Positions 46,790 through 59,300 of a stretch of 64,000 bases of DNA are shown one piece after another (within the stretch, counting starts at the first letter, position 1; each line of letters starts with the position of its first letter). Origin of the DNA: Azolla caroliniana. Its lineage: Eukaryota > Plantae > Polypodiophyta. The notes below the pieces were generated by a model that saw only the letters and a program-made list of their open reading frames with translations, was not told where the DNA came from and did no database searches. Location of the stretch: assembly GCA_043228905.1 (NCBI GenBank), contig JBHGNT010000002.1:1426001-1490000 (forward strand), given 5' to 3'. Both the position numbers and the translations under genes were made by a program.

Positions 46790-49700
46790 AGGTTGGACCG
46801 GTTTTCTCCGTCCCAACTCAATTTGGCGCATGCCGGTGGATGCGCGGTGTCGTGAAGAAAACCGTCCACAAGCGGAATCAGTGCACCGGAGCGTAGGAGC
46901 CGGCTCTTCATGCACGTGCGTCTTATGTTGTACATAGAAGATCCTAGGTAGGTAGATTCGGTAGGTAGGAAGTTAATGGGAAACGGCTCCTTCCTTGCCT
47001 ATAAAAGGAGGGAGATGAGGAGGAGATGGGATCGCGTAGTAAGAGAGGACGAAGTGCTGTCGGATTGTGGGCCGAAGGCTTCTCTCTCTTCCAAACTCCA
47101 TAGCTTCTTTCTGTGCAGGTTTCGGGAGGCTCGCGTTGCTCTGAGGAAAGCCCGAGTGCTTCCGGCAGCACCTCCAACCTACTCCTTTCTTTCTGTGCGT
47201 TTACGAACAGGCATCGGCATCTGTTCGCCGGCCTGTTCGGTTGTAACCGACTTCGTGTTCCCGTTGTTTGTCTTTGTTAATACATACATACATTCGTGTC
47301 TCTCTGTGTCGCTGTCCCACTCGCGTCTTTGTGTCGAAGGGCCGTGTCCCTGTGGTTCTACGCTCGCACCTAGTGGGTCTCTTCCCTTCTCCTTTCTCTC
47401 TTGCTCTTCGGTACAAGACCCCCGAGGTCTCGCCTCATTCCACGCATCCGCGAGGAATACCTCGACAGCGGTAGATCAGCTCTTCACGGCTTCGTTTCGT
47501 GGTTGCGGAATCCACGCGTTATTGCGTAGTGTCTTCAGTACTCCCCCTCAAGCGTGGTAGGTTAGGGATCGTCAATCTGAGATCGGTCATGAATTACCAT
47601 AGCTTGTCGGCTCCTAAGGCTTTAGTGAAGATGTCGGCCGTTTGAAGATTTGTGCTAATGTATTGTAGGTCGACATCGCCAACTAGAACATGCTCTTGGA
47701 TAAAGTGATAGTGTAGTTCGATGTGCTTTGTCCGCTCGTGGAACACCGGGTTCCGAGCCAGATAGATACTGCTCATGTTGTTCGCAATAAAGGGAAGTCG
47801 GATCCTTGATGGGTATGCCCAGATCCTTGAGTATCCTTTTGAGGCATACGGTTTCACATGTGGCCACTGCCGCGCCCCTGTATTCCGCCTCTGTGCTCGA
47901 AAGAGCGATGGTTGGTTGTTTTTTGCTGCTCCAAGATATTGCTCCGTTGTCGAGGGAAAAAACAAATCCGGAGGTCGATCTTCTATCGGCTTTGTAGTTG
48001 GCCCAATCGGCATCTGTGTACCCCTCGAGTCGTATTGGCATTGCGGTCTTGTAGAGGATGTCGCAATCCATCTTGCCGCTCACGTATCGTAGAACTCGCT
48101 TAGCGCAGTCCAAATGAGTATCACGCGGTGTTTGCATGAATTGACTAAGGAGACCGACCAGATAACTGAGATCGGGTCAAGTGATCGTGAGGTAGATGAG
48201 ACTCCATATGAGTTGCTGATACTGAGTTGGCTCACACACTTTGGTGCCGGAGTTTGAATCTAGTTTGAGATTGCGATCGGGCGGGGTTTCCGCAGATTTG
48301 CACTCAGCCATACCGAACTTGTATAACAAGTTGAGGATGTAGTGCCGTTGAGAGATCATGATTCCGGCCGGGGTCCAAATTACCTCGATGCTGAGGAAGT
48401 AGTGGAGCTCCTTCATGTCCGTCATCTCGAACTTGTCAGAAAGGAGGGATTTGACTTTATTGATTTCAACGAGATGCGCACCTCCAATGACTAGGTCATC
48501 CACATATAAGATGATGACGATCGGACTTGCGGAATCGCTTCATATGTAGAGGGAGTTGTCCGATTTTGACATACGGAAGCTGATTTGATGAAGATATTCC
48601 ATTATCTTCGAATGCCAAGCACGTGGTGCTTGCTTGAGGCCGTAGAGTGGCTTCTTGAGTCGGCATACAGCTTTCGGATGGGTGCTCGAGTTGAAGTCGG
48701 GTGGTTGTATCATGTACACCTCTTCTAATTCTCCTTGTAGAATGACATTCTTGACGTCCATTTGATTGAGGTGCCACCCTTTCGCCGCGGCAAGCGCAAT
48801 TACGGTCCGTACCGTCGTCATCTTTGCTACCGGGGCAAAGGTCTCTTCGTAGTAAACTCTATGCGTTTGTGCGTAGCCTTTCGCTACGAGTCGCGCTTTG
48901 TAGCGGTTGACGGAACCGTCGGCGTTGTACTTCACTTTGTAAATCCATCTGCATCCGATCGCCTTTTTGTGTGGTGAGGTGGGAACGAGATCCCACGTCT
49001 CGTTCTTGCGTAGTGCCTGCATCTCCTCGTTCATGGCTTTGATCCATCGCGGATCCTTGGCTGCTTCGGAAAATGTTTCCGGCTCACGTATTGTCACCAC
49101 CTTCATCATAAAGGCATAGTGATATGCCATGTAGTCGTTGTAGCCGAATCGGCTGGCCGGATTCTTTTCACGGGTGGAGCGACAGAGCTTTTCATTTGCA
49201 GAGATGAGGGCTTTCTTAGCTCCGATTGGTACATCGAAGCCACCGAACTCACTGTCAAGTGAATGAGTCGTCTCATCGTCGTTGAAGCGATCGTCTTCGT
49301 ATTCCGTCATTTTCGCCTTGCCTTTGTCCATCTTCGGGCTAGGTCGTGATGTGCTTTGATCGCTCGGGGGCTCTTGTGGCCCACTTAGCCTTGTGGTAAT
49401 CGGGTTATCTTCGAACATGTCTTCGAGGGGATCTCCACCTTCTTGCTTTTGTTAAGCCGGTTCCGCGTCGATCGGTATCGAAGTCAGAATCTTCTCTGGT
49501 GTGTACCAGGATGTGGATTCGTCGAACATGACATCTCGACTTACTTGAACTTTTCGGGTAGATGGGTTGTAGAATTTGTACTCCTGTTGTTCGAGTGAGT
49601 ATCCTACGAGGATACATTTCTCCGACTTTGGATCTAGCTTTTGCCGCTTTACGTCAAGTATGTGCACGTATGCTATCACACCGAATATCCGGGTGTGCGA

Positions 49701-50128
49701 TAAGTCCGGCTTCTTTCCGAAGTATTTTTCGTGCGGAGTGACCTCGTGCACTTCGGATGTTGTGCACCGGTTCATTAGGTAAACGACCGTATTTGCAACT
49801 TCGGCCCAATATGACTTGGGCATATGCTTCTCGTTCATCATGGCCCGCACTACTTCGAGGATGTGCCGATTTTTGCGCTTGGCTACTCCGTTTTGTTGCA
49901 GAGTGTGTCGGCAAGTGAATTCTCGCCGAATTCCTTCCTTTTGGAGATACACCGTGAAATCATCCGAGAAGTACTCCTTGCCGCCATCTGATCGAAAGCA
50001 TTGTACATGATGACCAGTGGCTTTTTCGACTTCGTTTTTAAACTTTTGGAAGTATCCAAACACTTCGCTCTTTTGCCGCATTAGATAGAGCCACGTGTGC
50101 CTAAAGAAGTTGTCGATGAAGAGCACGT

Positions 50129-52464
50129 TGTCGTGAAGAAAACCGTCCCTTAGCGCAATCGGTGCATAGCGTGCGTGAACCGGCTCTTCACGCGTGCGCA
50201 CCCTTAATGTATATAATAGGGAATTAAGTACGTAGGTATATCCTGGGTAGTTAGATTCGGTAGGTAGGAAGTAAATGAGGGAGACGGCTCCCTTCTTGAC
50301 GATATAAAGGAGAGGGAGACGCAAGGAGAAGGTATCGCGTATTGAGGAGGATGAAGTGTTATCGGACTGTAACCGAACGCTTCTCCTCTGTTCATTCTCC
50401 ATCGCTCTTCTCTGCAGGATTTCGGGAGGCTCACACTGCTTCGAGGAATGCCCGTGTGCTTCCAGCAGCACCTCCACCCTATCCCCCTTTCGTGCGCAGA
50501 CGAGTAGGCATCGGTATCTGTTCGCCGGCCTGTTCGGTTGTAACTGCTCTCGTGCTCTGTTGTTTTGTGTCATTTGATAATATACAAACATTCGTGTCTC
50601 TTTGTCTCTGTGTCCGTTTGTGTTTTCTGCGTTGACGGGCCGTGTCCCTGTGTTTCTTGCTCATACGTTACCGGTCGTCTCTCTCTTTCTCTTTCCCTTC
50701 CTATCACCTGCTCTTCGGTCCAAGACCCCGGTGGTCCCGCCTCGTTTCTCCACGCACGCGCGTAGTAACGCGACATATTTGGTGAATCCGACGTGAACAA
50801 GGCGGTAGAGGAGCAGAAGATGAGGGGGTCGGATCTTGCAGAGGCCATGGCTTTGGCCGTGGACCGGATAGTGAGCGCGCGCGAGGGCACCGGCGCCCTT
50901 GACAGGGCTATTGAGGCGATCGTCAGTACGATCGACCGGTTCAGTGGAAAGGATGCCACGAGTTATTTGGCGTCCTACCGGGTGGAGATGTTGATGAGGG
51001 ATATTCCGGAAGAGAGGCGTCTTGCCGGATTCCCTCGAGTGGCGATGCCCGACATCCATGCGGAGGTGCTCGAAGTCCGGGCAGAGAGCCGGACCTGGGA
51101 GGAGTTCGAAGGACGGCTCCTGGAGAAATATGGGTTGGATGACGCGCTTCGACTTTCGAAGCGAGGCTTCATGGAGTGGGTGGAGTCCCCCAACAAAGGA
51201 AGAAATGCGTCGGTACTCCTCCGGGAGTTTGAGGAACGCTTTGAGGTCGATCGGACCATTCTGGACACAAGTCGTGTCCTACTATTTGTCAAATCGGTTG
51301 ACGCACGGGATCGGGGGCAAGTTGGCTCCTTACTGGAAACCGAAGACGGGCTGACGGCCGACTGGGCCGCGGTAAAAAGAGTTTGCGGCCGTGCGTCAAA
51401 TCGGTTGACGCACGGGATCGGGGGCAAGTTGGCTCCTTACTGGAAACCGAAGACGGGCTGACGGCCGACTGGGGCCGCGGTAAAAAGAGTTTGCGGCCGT
51501 TTTGACAAACGGTGGGAGTGGGCTGATACAGAGGCGACCAGGGTGGGACCTGTCGCAGCAAGGAAGCTCGAACCGATACCGCAGGCGCGAAGGGAAGAGA
51601 AACGGGAGTGGCTCGAAACCGGTTCGGCTTCAACCGGAGTGGTCAGAGGCTCGTCCAGGGGAACAGCTTTGGAAGAGTTGACACGAGCGGTAAAGGATCT
51701 CCAGATCGCCCAGGCTCAGAGGGAAGGCGGCGATCAAGCTCGTGACCGACGGCCTCCGGCAGGAAGTAGGTGCATGTGGTGCGACGAGGTCGGAGGCAGC
51801 GAGGCCCGGAAGGAGAGCAAAGCCGGGTTTTGGCCAACGGTGTTGGAAGGCCTCGCCGGTGCCCGACTAAAGAGAGACGAGGCGGACCGCGCAGAGAAGC
51901 GGGTCTAGGAGGTAACCGGGTGGAGTGACCCGGTCGAAGAAAAGACGGGTTTCGTCAAAGTAGCTTCCCAGAACTACCAGGCTCTGGTCGAAGACAAACG
52001 GGTAGGTAAAACCGGAGGGGCTGGACCCTCACAGAGATACGAAACCCGATTCGGGCCGAAACGGAATGAGGTCAGTGAGTCCAGTGCCCGGGATAACCAC
52101 AAGAAGGGCGGATACCATTTGGGCACGGAGATCGAAAGGACCACGGACCTACGAAAGGTCCTGGAAGAACGAATCCTCGACAGCAAAGTGGAACTGTCGT
52201 TGCGGGAGGTGCTCGGAATCGCCAAGAAGGAGTTCCACGACTCCATCGTGCACTTGGTGAAGAGGAAGAGGCTGTCGACGGAGGCAGAACCGGAAAGGCC
52301 GGTGGAGGTGCAGACGGCGCACATAGAGGACATGGCGCTGGAAGACGAGTGGGCGGAGAGCCACTATTCGAGGCCACACTGGGCCCGAGCGACCACGGAA
52401 ACCCCGGTGAAGATCGGAGATGTTCAAGAACCGGTGGTGGCGCTGGTGGACCACGGTTCAGAAA
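50129..52464 (+). mobile_element. G: 5' part of an older P1-family gypsy element inserted in the integrase of F; interrupted by H
   Basis: LTR TGTCGTGAAG...CGACA at 50129-50775; PBS TGGTGAATCCGACGTGAA at 50780; gag from 50820 with a ~107-bp tandem duplication (51288-51500) and a knuckle deletion; stops at VDHGSE where H begins. Confidence 0.9.
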
Positions 52465-52953
52465 TGTTGAGCGGCAAGCTCAACCGGAGCCGGATCGGCT
52501 GAATAAGCCGGAGCCGGTAAGCGAGACGGATCGGGCGAAACGGATCGGTATGACGGTGAGCAACCGAACCGGCAAGCAGTGGAGGCCGGGTGCAATCCGT
52601 AACCGGAAGTCCAATTGGAAACCTAGTATAGGATAGACTACTAGGTAGCTATAGTCTCGTAGTAAGTGTCAGATGCTCGTGTGAGCATTGAAGTACATGG
52701 TACTTCTGTCAATCCCAAGAGGACTTGTATAAATAGTGCTACTTAGCATAGTGTGTATACACAGTCTTGATATAATTTTGAAATTGTGTTTTGCTCTCTC
52801 TCTCTCTCTCGCTCTCTGTTGTTCTCTGTTTTACGCTTCCGCAAACACTTATGTTTACATGGTATCAGAGCGCGAGGGTTGAGAACCTCTGCTGCAGACA
52901 TTTACTCTTGAGAAGAAAACCCTAACAGGTCGAAAACAGACATAGTAGAAGAC

Positions 52954-55900
52954 ATGGATAGAGGCATGGCTACGTCGCTCCCGGTGGAGAAGCTCGACAG
53001 GAGCAACTACGCATCCTGGTCTTACAAGATGCACCAGTACCTGCTTGGACACGGGTACTGGAGTTATGTTGAAGGAGCGAATGATGCAGCGCCCGACTCG
53101 GCACACAAGGACTTCCCGGTATGGGAACAGGCGGCAAGCAGGGTGATGTACTGCTACGCGTCCAGTGTCGGCGATCAGCTGCTCAGCCACATCCGTGACG
53201 CCAAGATACCGAAGGATGCTTGGGGGAACCTGAAAAAGGTTTTCACCGCAAGCACCACTGCCCGGAAGCTGCAACTCAGACAGGAGTTGAACAATGTTCG
53301 ACAGAAGAACATGTCCATGGCAGACTACACGGGCCGGATAAAGGAGATCTACGACTCGCTCGCCTCTATCAATGTTACCGTAGAGGAAGACGAGATGGTG
53401 CAAGTATGTCTCGGAGGCCTGGCGTCCAAGTTCGGAGCGTTCCGGACTGCGGTGTGTACAAGGGAGAATACCCCCTCATTCTTCGACTTATAGTCGATGC
53501 TCCTTGTAGAGGAGAACCACGCCAGTGCATCTACCAGTGCATCCTCGGACAGCCGAATGTTGTACATGGGAACGGATCGGCTCCGTGGGCGTGGTGGAAG
53601 AGGTGGGTCGACACGCAATGGAGGCGGCCAGCAAGAGCAGGAACGGAGGCACTATGAGCGTGCCGACAGCAGTTCCAGGACTTCCACAAGCAGGGGGAGT
53701 CAAGGCGGTGCCGGAGGCCAGCAAGACAAATCCGCTACGGAATGCTGGTACTGTGGCAAAAAAGGCCACAGGGAAAGCGAGTGCTGGAAGAAGCGTGCCG
53801 ATTCGGACAAATCCGGATCCGGCAAGACCGGTAAGGATGGCTGGCAAAACTCGCACTACGCAAACGGATCAGGAGGATCCGGAACTGGAAAGGCCGGTAA
53901 GGGGCCAGCCTTGGTGATGAATCACAAGGCAAACTCAATGAAGAAGACCACTTCCAAAACGGAGGAAGTGTGGTATGTTGATTCCGGCGCGTCGAACCAC
54001 ATGACGAGCCACAAAGAGTGGTTCTCCTTTCTGGAGAAACCGGATCAACCAGGAGTAGTCGAAACCGGAGACGACACTCCTCACCCAATCGTGCACGTCG
54101 GAGAAGTCCCTCTAAGCCACGTCGGACAGAAAGGGAAGCTGATGAACGTATTACACGTTCCGACAATCACGAAGAACCTGGTGTCCGTCGGTCAGATTGT
54201 CGACCAGGGGATGCAGGTGCGGTTTACGCACCTTGGGTGCTTCATTGAGGATGAGGGCGAAGTCATTGCGCAAGGGCGCAGAGACGGGAGGATGTTTATC
54301 CTCAACACCAACGACTTTGGCACCGCTCTGTTCACGAAACGACAGAAGGTCGAGTCGGACATCGACCTATGGCACAAGCGGATAGGCCACAACAACTACC
54401 GGAGGCTTCAAGACCTGCAAACGAAACAAGTCGTTTTCGGTTTGCCAAAGTTCAGCGGCCGGAGAGCCGACATTTGTGAAGCCTGCCAACTTGGGAAGCA
54501 ATACCGGCTTCCATTCCCCACCGAACGGAACCGGAGCCGTAACAAGCTCGATTTCATCCATTCGGATGTGTGGGGACCGGCACAAAGTGTAAGCCTTGGC
54601 GGGAGCCGATACTTCGTCTCCTTCATCGACGACTATACTCGACAGACTTGGATCTACCTCATTGAGCGGAAGAGCGAAGTCTTCGACTGTTTCCGGAGCC
54701 TTCAGAAGATGGTGGAACGGGAATCGGAGAGGAAGATCAAATGCCTTCGGTCGGATGGCAGAAAGGAATATTTTTCCGGCCAATTCACTAGTTATCTGCA
54801 GCATAAGGGAATTCGGCAAGAGTTCAGCTGCAGATACACACCGGAGCAAAACGGTGTGGCCGAAAGGAAGAACCGGACACTCGTCGAAGCGGCAAGGGCA
54901 ATGCTGGAGGAGTCGAGCATGCCCCGGTTCTACTGGGCGGAGGCGGTCCGGATGGCCGTCTACATACAAAACCGCATTGGTGACAAGGTGTCAGCTCATG
55001 AGCTGTATTTCGGGCGCAAGCCGAACTTAAGACACCTTCGGATATTCGGCAGCATAGCGTATGTGCATGTGCCGGATCAGAAGCGAAGAAAGCTGGATGC
55101 AAAATCGGAAAAATGCATCCTAGTCGACTATGCTCAAGAGCAAAAGGGGTATAAGTGCTTTAACCCCCGGACGAAGGAAGTCCGAGTTAGCCGGGATGTC
55201 GAGTTCGATGAATCGGCATCCTGGTACTCCGTACCGACTCCGACTTCCGATCCCGACCCAATGCCGAAAGATCAGGCCAGTGAGCCGGAATTAGCCCTAA
55301 CAGAGGATGATGAAGCCGGGACTCAAGATGAGAGTCCGGAATCGTTACGGTTGAGTGGACCGAACGAGCGACTGAGTCAGTTGGACCAGTCGGATGAAGA
55401 GACGGCAAGTGGTGGAGACTCTGTCGTGCTCTCCCCGCGCAAGGAACCAAGGAAACGGTTCACGCGCAAAGAGAAGGGGAAGAGGAAGATGCCGGAATTC
55501 GAAACCGACAACGATGAGTCGGATCGGTGCATATCCGACTCCGGAAAGGAGAAAGGCGGATCTTCGGCAACGAAGACAGAACTGGCCAAGAAAGGCCTCA
55601 AATCAGGTGACGGTGCGTTGCGCCGATCAACCCGTCAGAAGGATCCCGTCATGCGGTACAGGTACAATGAATACATGGCGCATCATTATGCGTACATGAC
55701 TAAGGTGACAGAAGTGCGTGAGCCGGAGAGCTACGCAAAAGCGGCAAAGGACGCAAATTGGCGTGCCGCTATGGACGAAGAAATGCGGGCACTCGATGCC
55801 AACGAAACTTGGGACCTAGTTGATCCTCCCCGTCACTGTAAACCGATCGGATGCAAGTGGGTGTACAAGGTCAAGTACAACGCCGACGGTTCTGTTAACT

Positions 55901-56332
55901 GGTACAAAGCCCGGTTAGTGGCGAAGGGATACGCGCAGACCCATGGAATCGACTACGAGGAGACCTTCGCTCCTGTGGCGAAGATGACGACGGTTCGTGT
56001 GGTACTGGCGGTTGCTGTGGCAAGGGGGTGGCATCTTCACCAGATGGATGTGAAGAACGCCTTCCTTCAAGGAGAGCTTGAAGAAGAAGTCTTTATGACT
56101 CAGCCCCCCGGATTTCAATCGGAGATGAACAAGTCGGCGGTATGCCGACTGAAGAAGTCGCTTTATGGCTTGAAGCAAGCCCCCCGAGCTTGGAACGCTA
56201 AGATCACGCACCGGCTGCGTAAGCTGGGGTTTGCTGTCTCTAAGTCGGACTCTTCGTTGTTCATCCGGCAAGGCTCTGACGGTCCGGTATGTATACTCTT
56301 GTATGTGGATGATTTAGTCATCACCGGACCGG
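52954..56332 (+). pseudogene. Copia H gag-pol (stop at 53491; RT split just after LYVDDLVITG)
   Basis: CWYCGKKGHRESEC, WYVDSGASNH, IHSDVWGP..LRSDG, LLYVDDLV. Confidence 0.9.
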
Positions 56333-59300
56333 TGTGCTGATATTCCTCGCGGATGCGTGGAATGAGGCGGGGCCACGGGGGTCTTGTACCGAAGAGCAAG
56401 AGACAAAGGAGAAGGAAAGGGGCCCACTACGTGTGGGCGTAGATTCACAGGGGCACAGCCCTTCGACACAAAGACGCAAGTGGGACACCGACGTAGAGAG
56501 ACACGAATGTATGTATATATATATTAACAAGGACAAACAGAAAGAAGCACGAAGTCGGTTACAACCGAACCGGCCGGCGAACAGATGTCGATGCCTGTTC
56601 GTAAACGCTCAGAAAGAAAGGAGTAGGTTGGAGGTGCTGCCGGAAGCACTCGGGCATTCCTCAGAGCAGCGCGAGCCTCCCGAAACCCTGCGCCGAAAGA
56701 AGCTACGGAGTATGGAAGAGAGAGAAGCCTTCGGCCGACAACCCGACAGCACTTCGTCCTCTCTAACCGCGATCCCTTTCCTCTTCCCCGTCTCCCTCCT
56801 TTTATAGGCAAGAAAGGAGCCGTTTCCCATTAACTTCCTACCTACCGAATCTACCTACCTAGGATCTTCTATGTACCTAATTCTCTCTTATGTACAACAT
56901 AAGACGTACGTGCATGAAGAGCCGGTTCCTACGCTCCGGTGCACCGATTCCGCTTGTGGACGGTTTTCTTCACGACATCCGCCCCCACCTAACCGCGCAT
57001 CCACCGGCATGCGCCAAATTGAGTTGGGACGGAGAAAACCGGTCCAGCCTTCCTCGCCCGTCGGTTCTTCCTCGGTTTCGGATCGTTCGTCGTTGCGGTC
57101 CAGGTTAACCGGATCCGGCTTGTCGTCGTGACGTTTCTTGAACGCTTTGATCCGTTTCCCAGCTACTGGTATCGCCATTCTCGTGCCGTCGAGTTCCGCT
57201 AGATGGTACGTCCCATTGTCGTTGGCGCTTTGTACCACGTAAGGCCCGAACCACCTTCTTGCGAACTTCCGCGTCGCTCGGTGCTGGTTGTCGAGGCTGC
57301 TGTCGTAGACTAGCACCCAGTCGCCTTCCTCGATCTTCTTCGGTCGGAGCCGGTGCGTCCGGTCAAACCGGGCTTTGTTCCTCGTCCTTGCCACCCGAAG
57401 CTTTCCCGCAGCCTGCTCCACGTCCTCCGGTCTTCGCTCGAGCTGTCATATACGCGCCGCCAACAGTTCCTCCCAGCTCATCTCGTCTCTCCAGTCCACA
57501 GTTGCCCATGAGGAGATCGTACGTTCCATCGGCATGATCGGCTTCTGCCCAAACATGAGCCCTGTCAGCATGAATCCGGTCACCGAACTGTGCGTAGTTC
57601 GGTCAGCCCACAACGCTTAAGGAAGCAGTTGCGGCCAGTTCCCGACTTGCCCTCCGCATGCCCGAACTAACACCTTGACGATCGGTCCGTGTCCGCGATC
57701 CACCTTCCCATTCGCCTCCGGATTGTACGCAGTGGTAAGCGAGAGCTTGACTCCTAGCCGGTCGAACAGCTCCTCGGCCTCTTCGGCGTCCAACTCCCCG
57801 CGATCAGCCACGATCTTCCCGACGCACCCGTACCGGCATATCACGTCCTCGATCAGGAACCGACATACGGCCGCGGTCGTTTTGTTCTGAAGGGCTCGGC
57901 CTTCCACCTCGTTCGTCAGATCTTCCCGAGCCAGAACCAGATACCGCATCTGTCCCATTCCCATCGGCATCGTCACCAGATCTACCATCCATTTGAAGTG
58001 GATGGTAGGAGGGTACGTAGGGTGAAGCTCGTCCCGCTATCGGACTATGGAGTGCATCTGACAACTCTCGCAAGTTGTCACGAACCGATGCACGTCCCGG
58101 TACAGTCCTGGCCACCAGTACTTCCCCTTTATCTTCTCGAACGTGGCCCACGTTCCACGGTGTCCAGCCCAAGGGCTGTCGTGGTAGGCCGTCAGCAGCT
58201 CCTCCTGTTCTTCCTCCATCGCCACCACCCGAAGCGGGACGCCGTTCCTCTTCTTCGGGTGCTTCCATAAGTATCCGTCCCGGAGAAAGAATCGGTATGC
58301 TTTCTTCCGGATCCGGTTGGCCTCGTCCCTCGTCCATGACGCATCCGACGTCATGGTCTTTATGAAACCACCGATCCGTAGCCACTCGCCGTCGTACTTG
58401 CTCTCGTCGAAGCCGTTGAGTGCCGGAGTGCTCGTCCCATCGGTCGTCACGTACGCTGCCTCGAAGAAGTCCACCCCGACTTCTTCGTCCTCCGAAACCA
58501 TGCCGACCTCGTCATCAAACCTCGCCCTCAAAAGCATGTCGGTCATGGCGTTGTCCTTTCCGGAAATATGTCGTATTTCCGGGTCCAGAGACTTGATGTA
58601 CGCTATCCACCTGAGCATCGCCAGGTCCGGTGTCGCACATCCGGAAACCATGCCGAGAATTGGCAGGCAATCCGTCTCGATAATCACTTCTGTCCCAATC
58701 AGGTAGTCTTTGTGGGCCTTTCCTGCCGAAATGATACCCCAGAGTTCGCGTTTAACCTGGGCGTACCCTCGCTGTCGCTCATTGAGGACCTTCGCGCCGA
58801 ATCAGATCGGGAACCGAATGCCGTCCTTGTCTTCTTGGTTGAGGACCCATCCGATCCCGGTCGGACTCGTATCCACTGTTATGTATACCGGGGTACCCTT
58901 CTCGTAGACAGCCTTCCGGAGCGCCGGTGTTGCCGCAAGAACTTCCTTCAGCTTCCGGATCGACTCCGTGTGCTCGTCTCGCCACTCGAATTTTTGCCCC
59001 TTCTTCAGCAACCCGTATAGCGGCTCCGCAACGTGGGCGTAATGCGGGATCCATATGTGGTAGAATGCGCATGCCCCTAGGAACCTCCGAACTTCTGTAA
59101 CCGAGCTACAGTCGGTCTTCATCGCGGAGATGGCTTCTACCTTTGCCGGAGACGGCTTCCGGCCATATGGTCCACATAGGTGTCCGACCACCAGGATTTC
59201 TGATTGCCCGAAGGCCGATTTCTCCCCGGAGAAGGTGAGCCTCGCATCTTCTAGCCTTTGTAGCACCCTCTCGCAGTCGTCGATGTGCGCTGCCACGAAT

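Larger units (their letters stand above)
40593..47467 (+). mobile_element. P1: full-length non-chromovirus Ty3/gypsy element (possibly Phygy-like) with tRNA-Trp PBS
   Basis: 620-bp LTRs at 40593-41212 and 46848-47467 (about 14 differences); 4-bp TSD GCGG; PBS TGGTGAACCCGACGTGAA at 41216; order gag-PR-RT-RH-IN; no chromodomain. The lineage name is a recollection-level assignment. Confidence 0.93.
40032..50128 (-). mobile_element. Copia F: degenerate Ty1/copia element (3' LTR plus IN-RT-RH); 5' part displaced beyond the window; hosts P1 and G
   Basis: 3' LTR at 40032-40410 with inverted termini TGTAAAGAATCAAG / CTTGATTCTCAACA; PPT at 40411-40420; minus-strand FRSDGGKEY, YKARLVAKGY, YVDDLVI, YTDADWA, RTKHIELHYHF at 47560-50128, with frameshifts. 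Confidence 0.88.

Noticed and set aside
43365-46847. Long-range pairing between the frameshift stem-loop bulge (GCCAA) and the 3'UTR (TTGGC), as in luteo/dianthoviruses
   Set aside because: Only 5 bp of complementarity, and the 3' element is retained in pol-less C, so there is no support.
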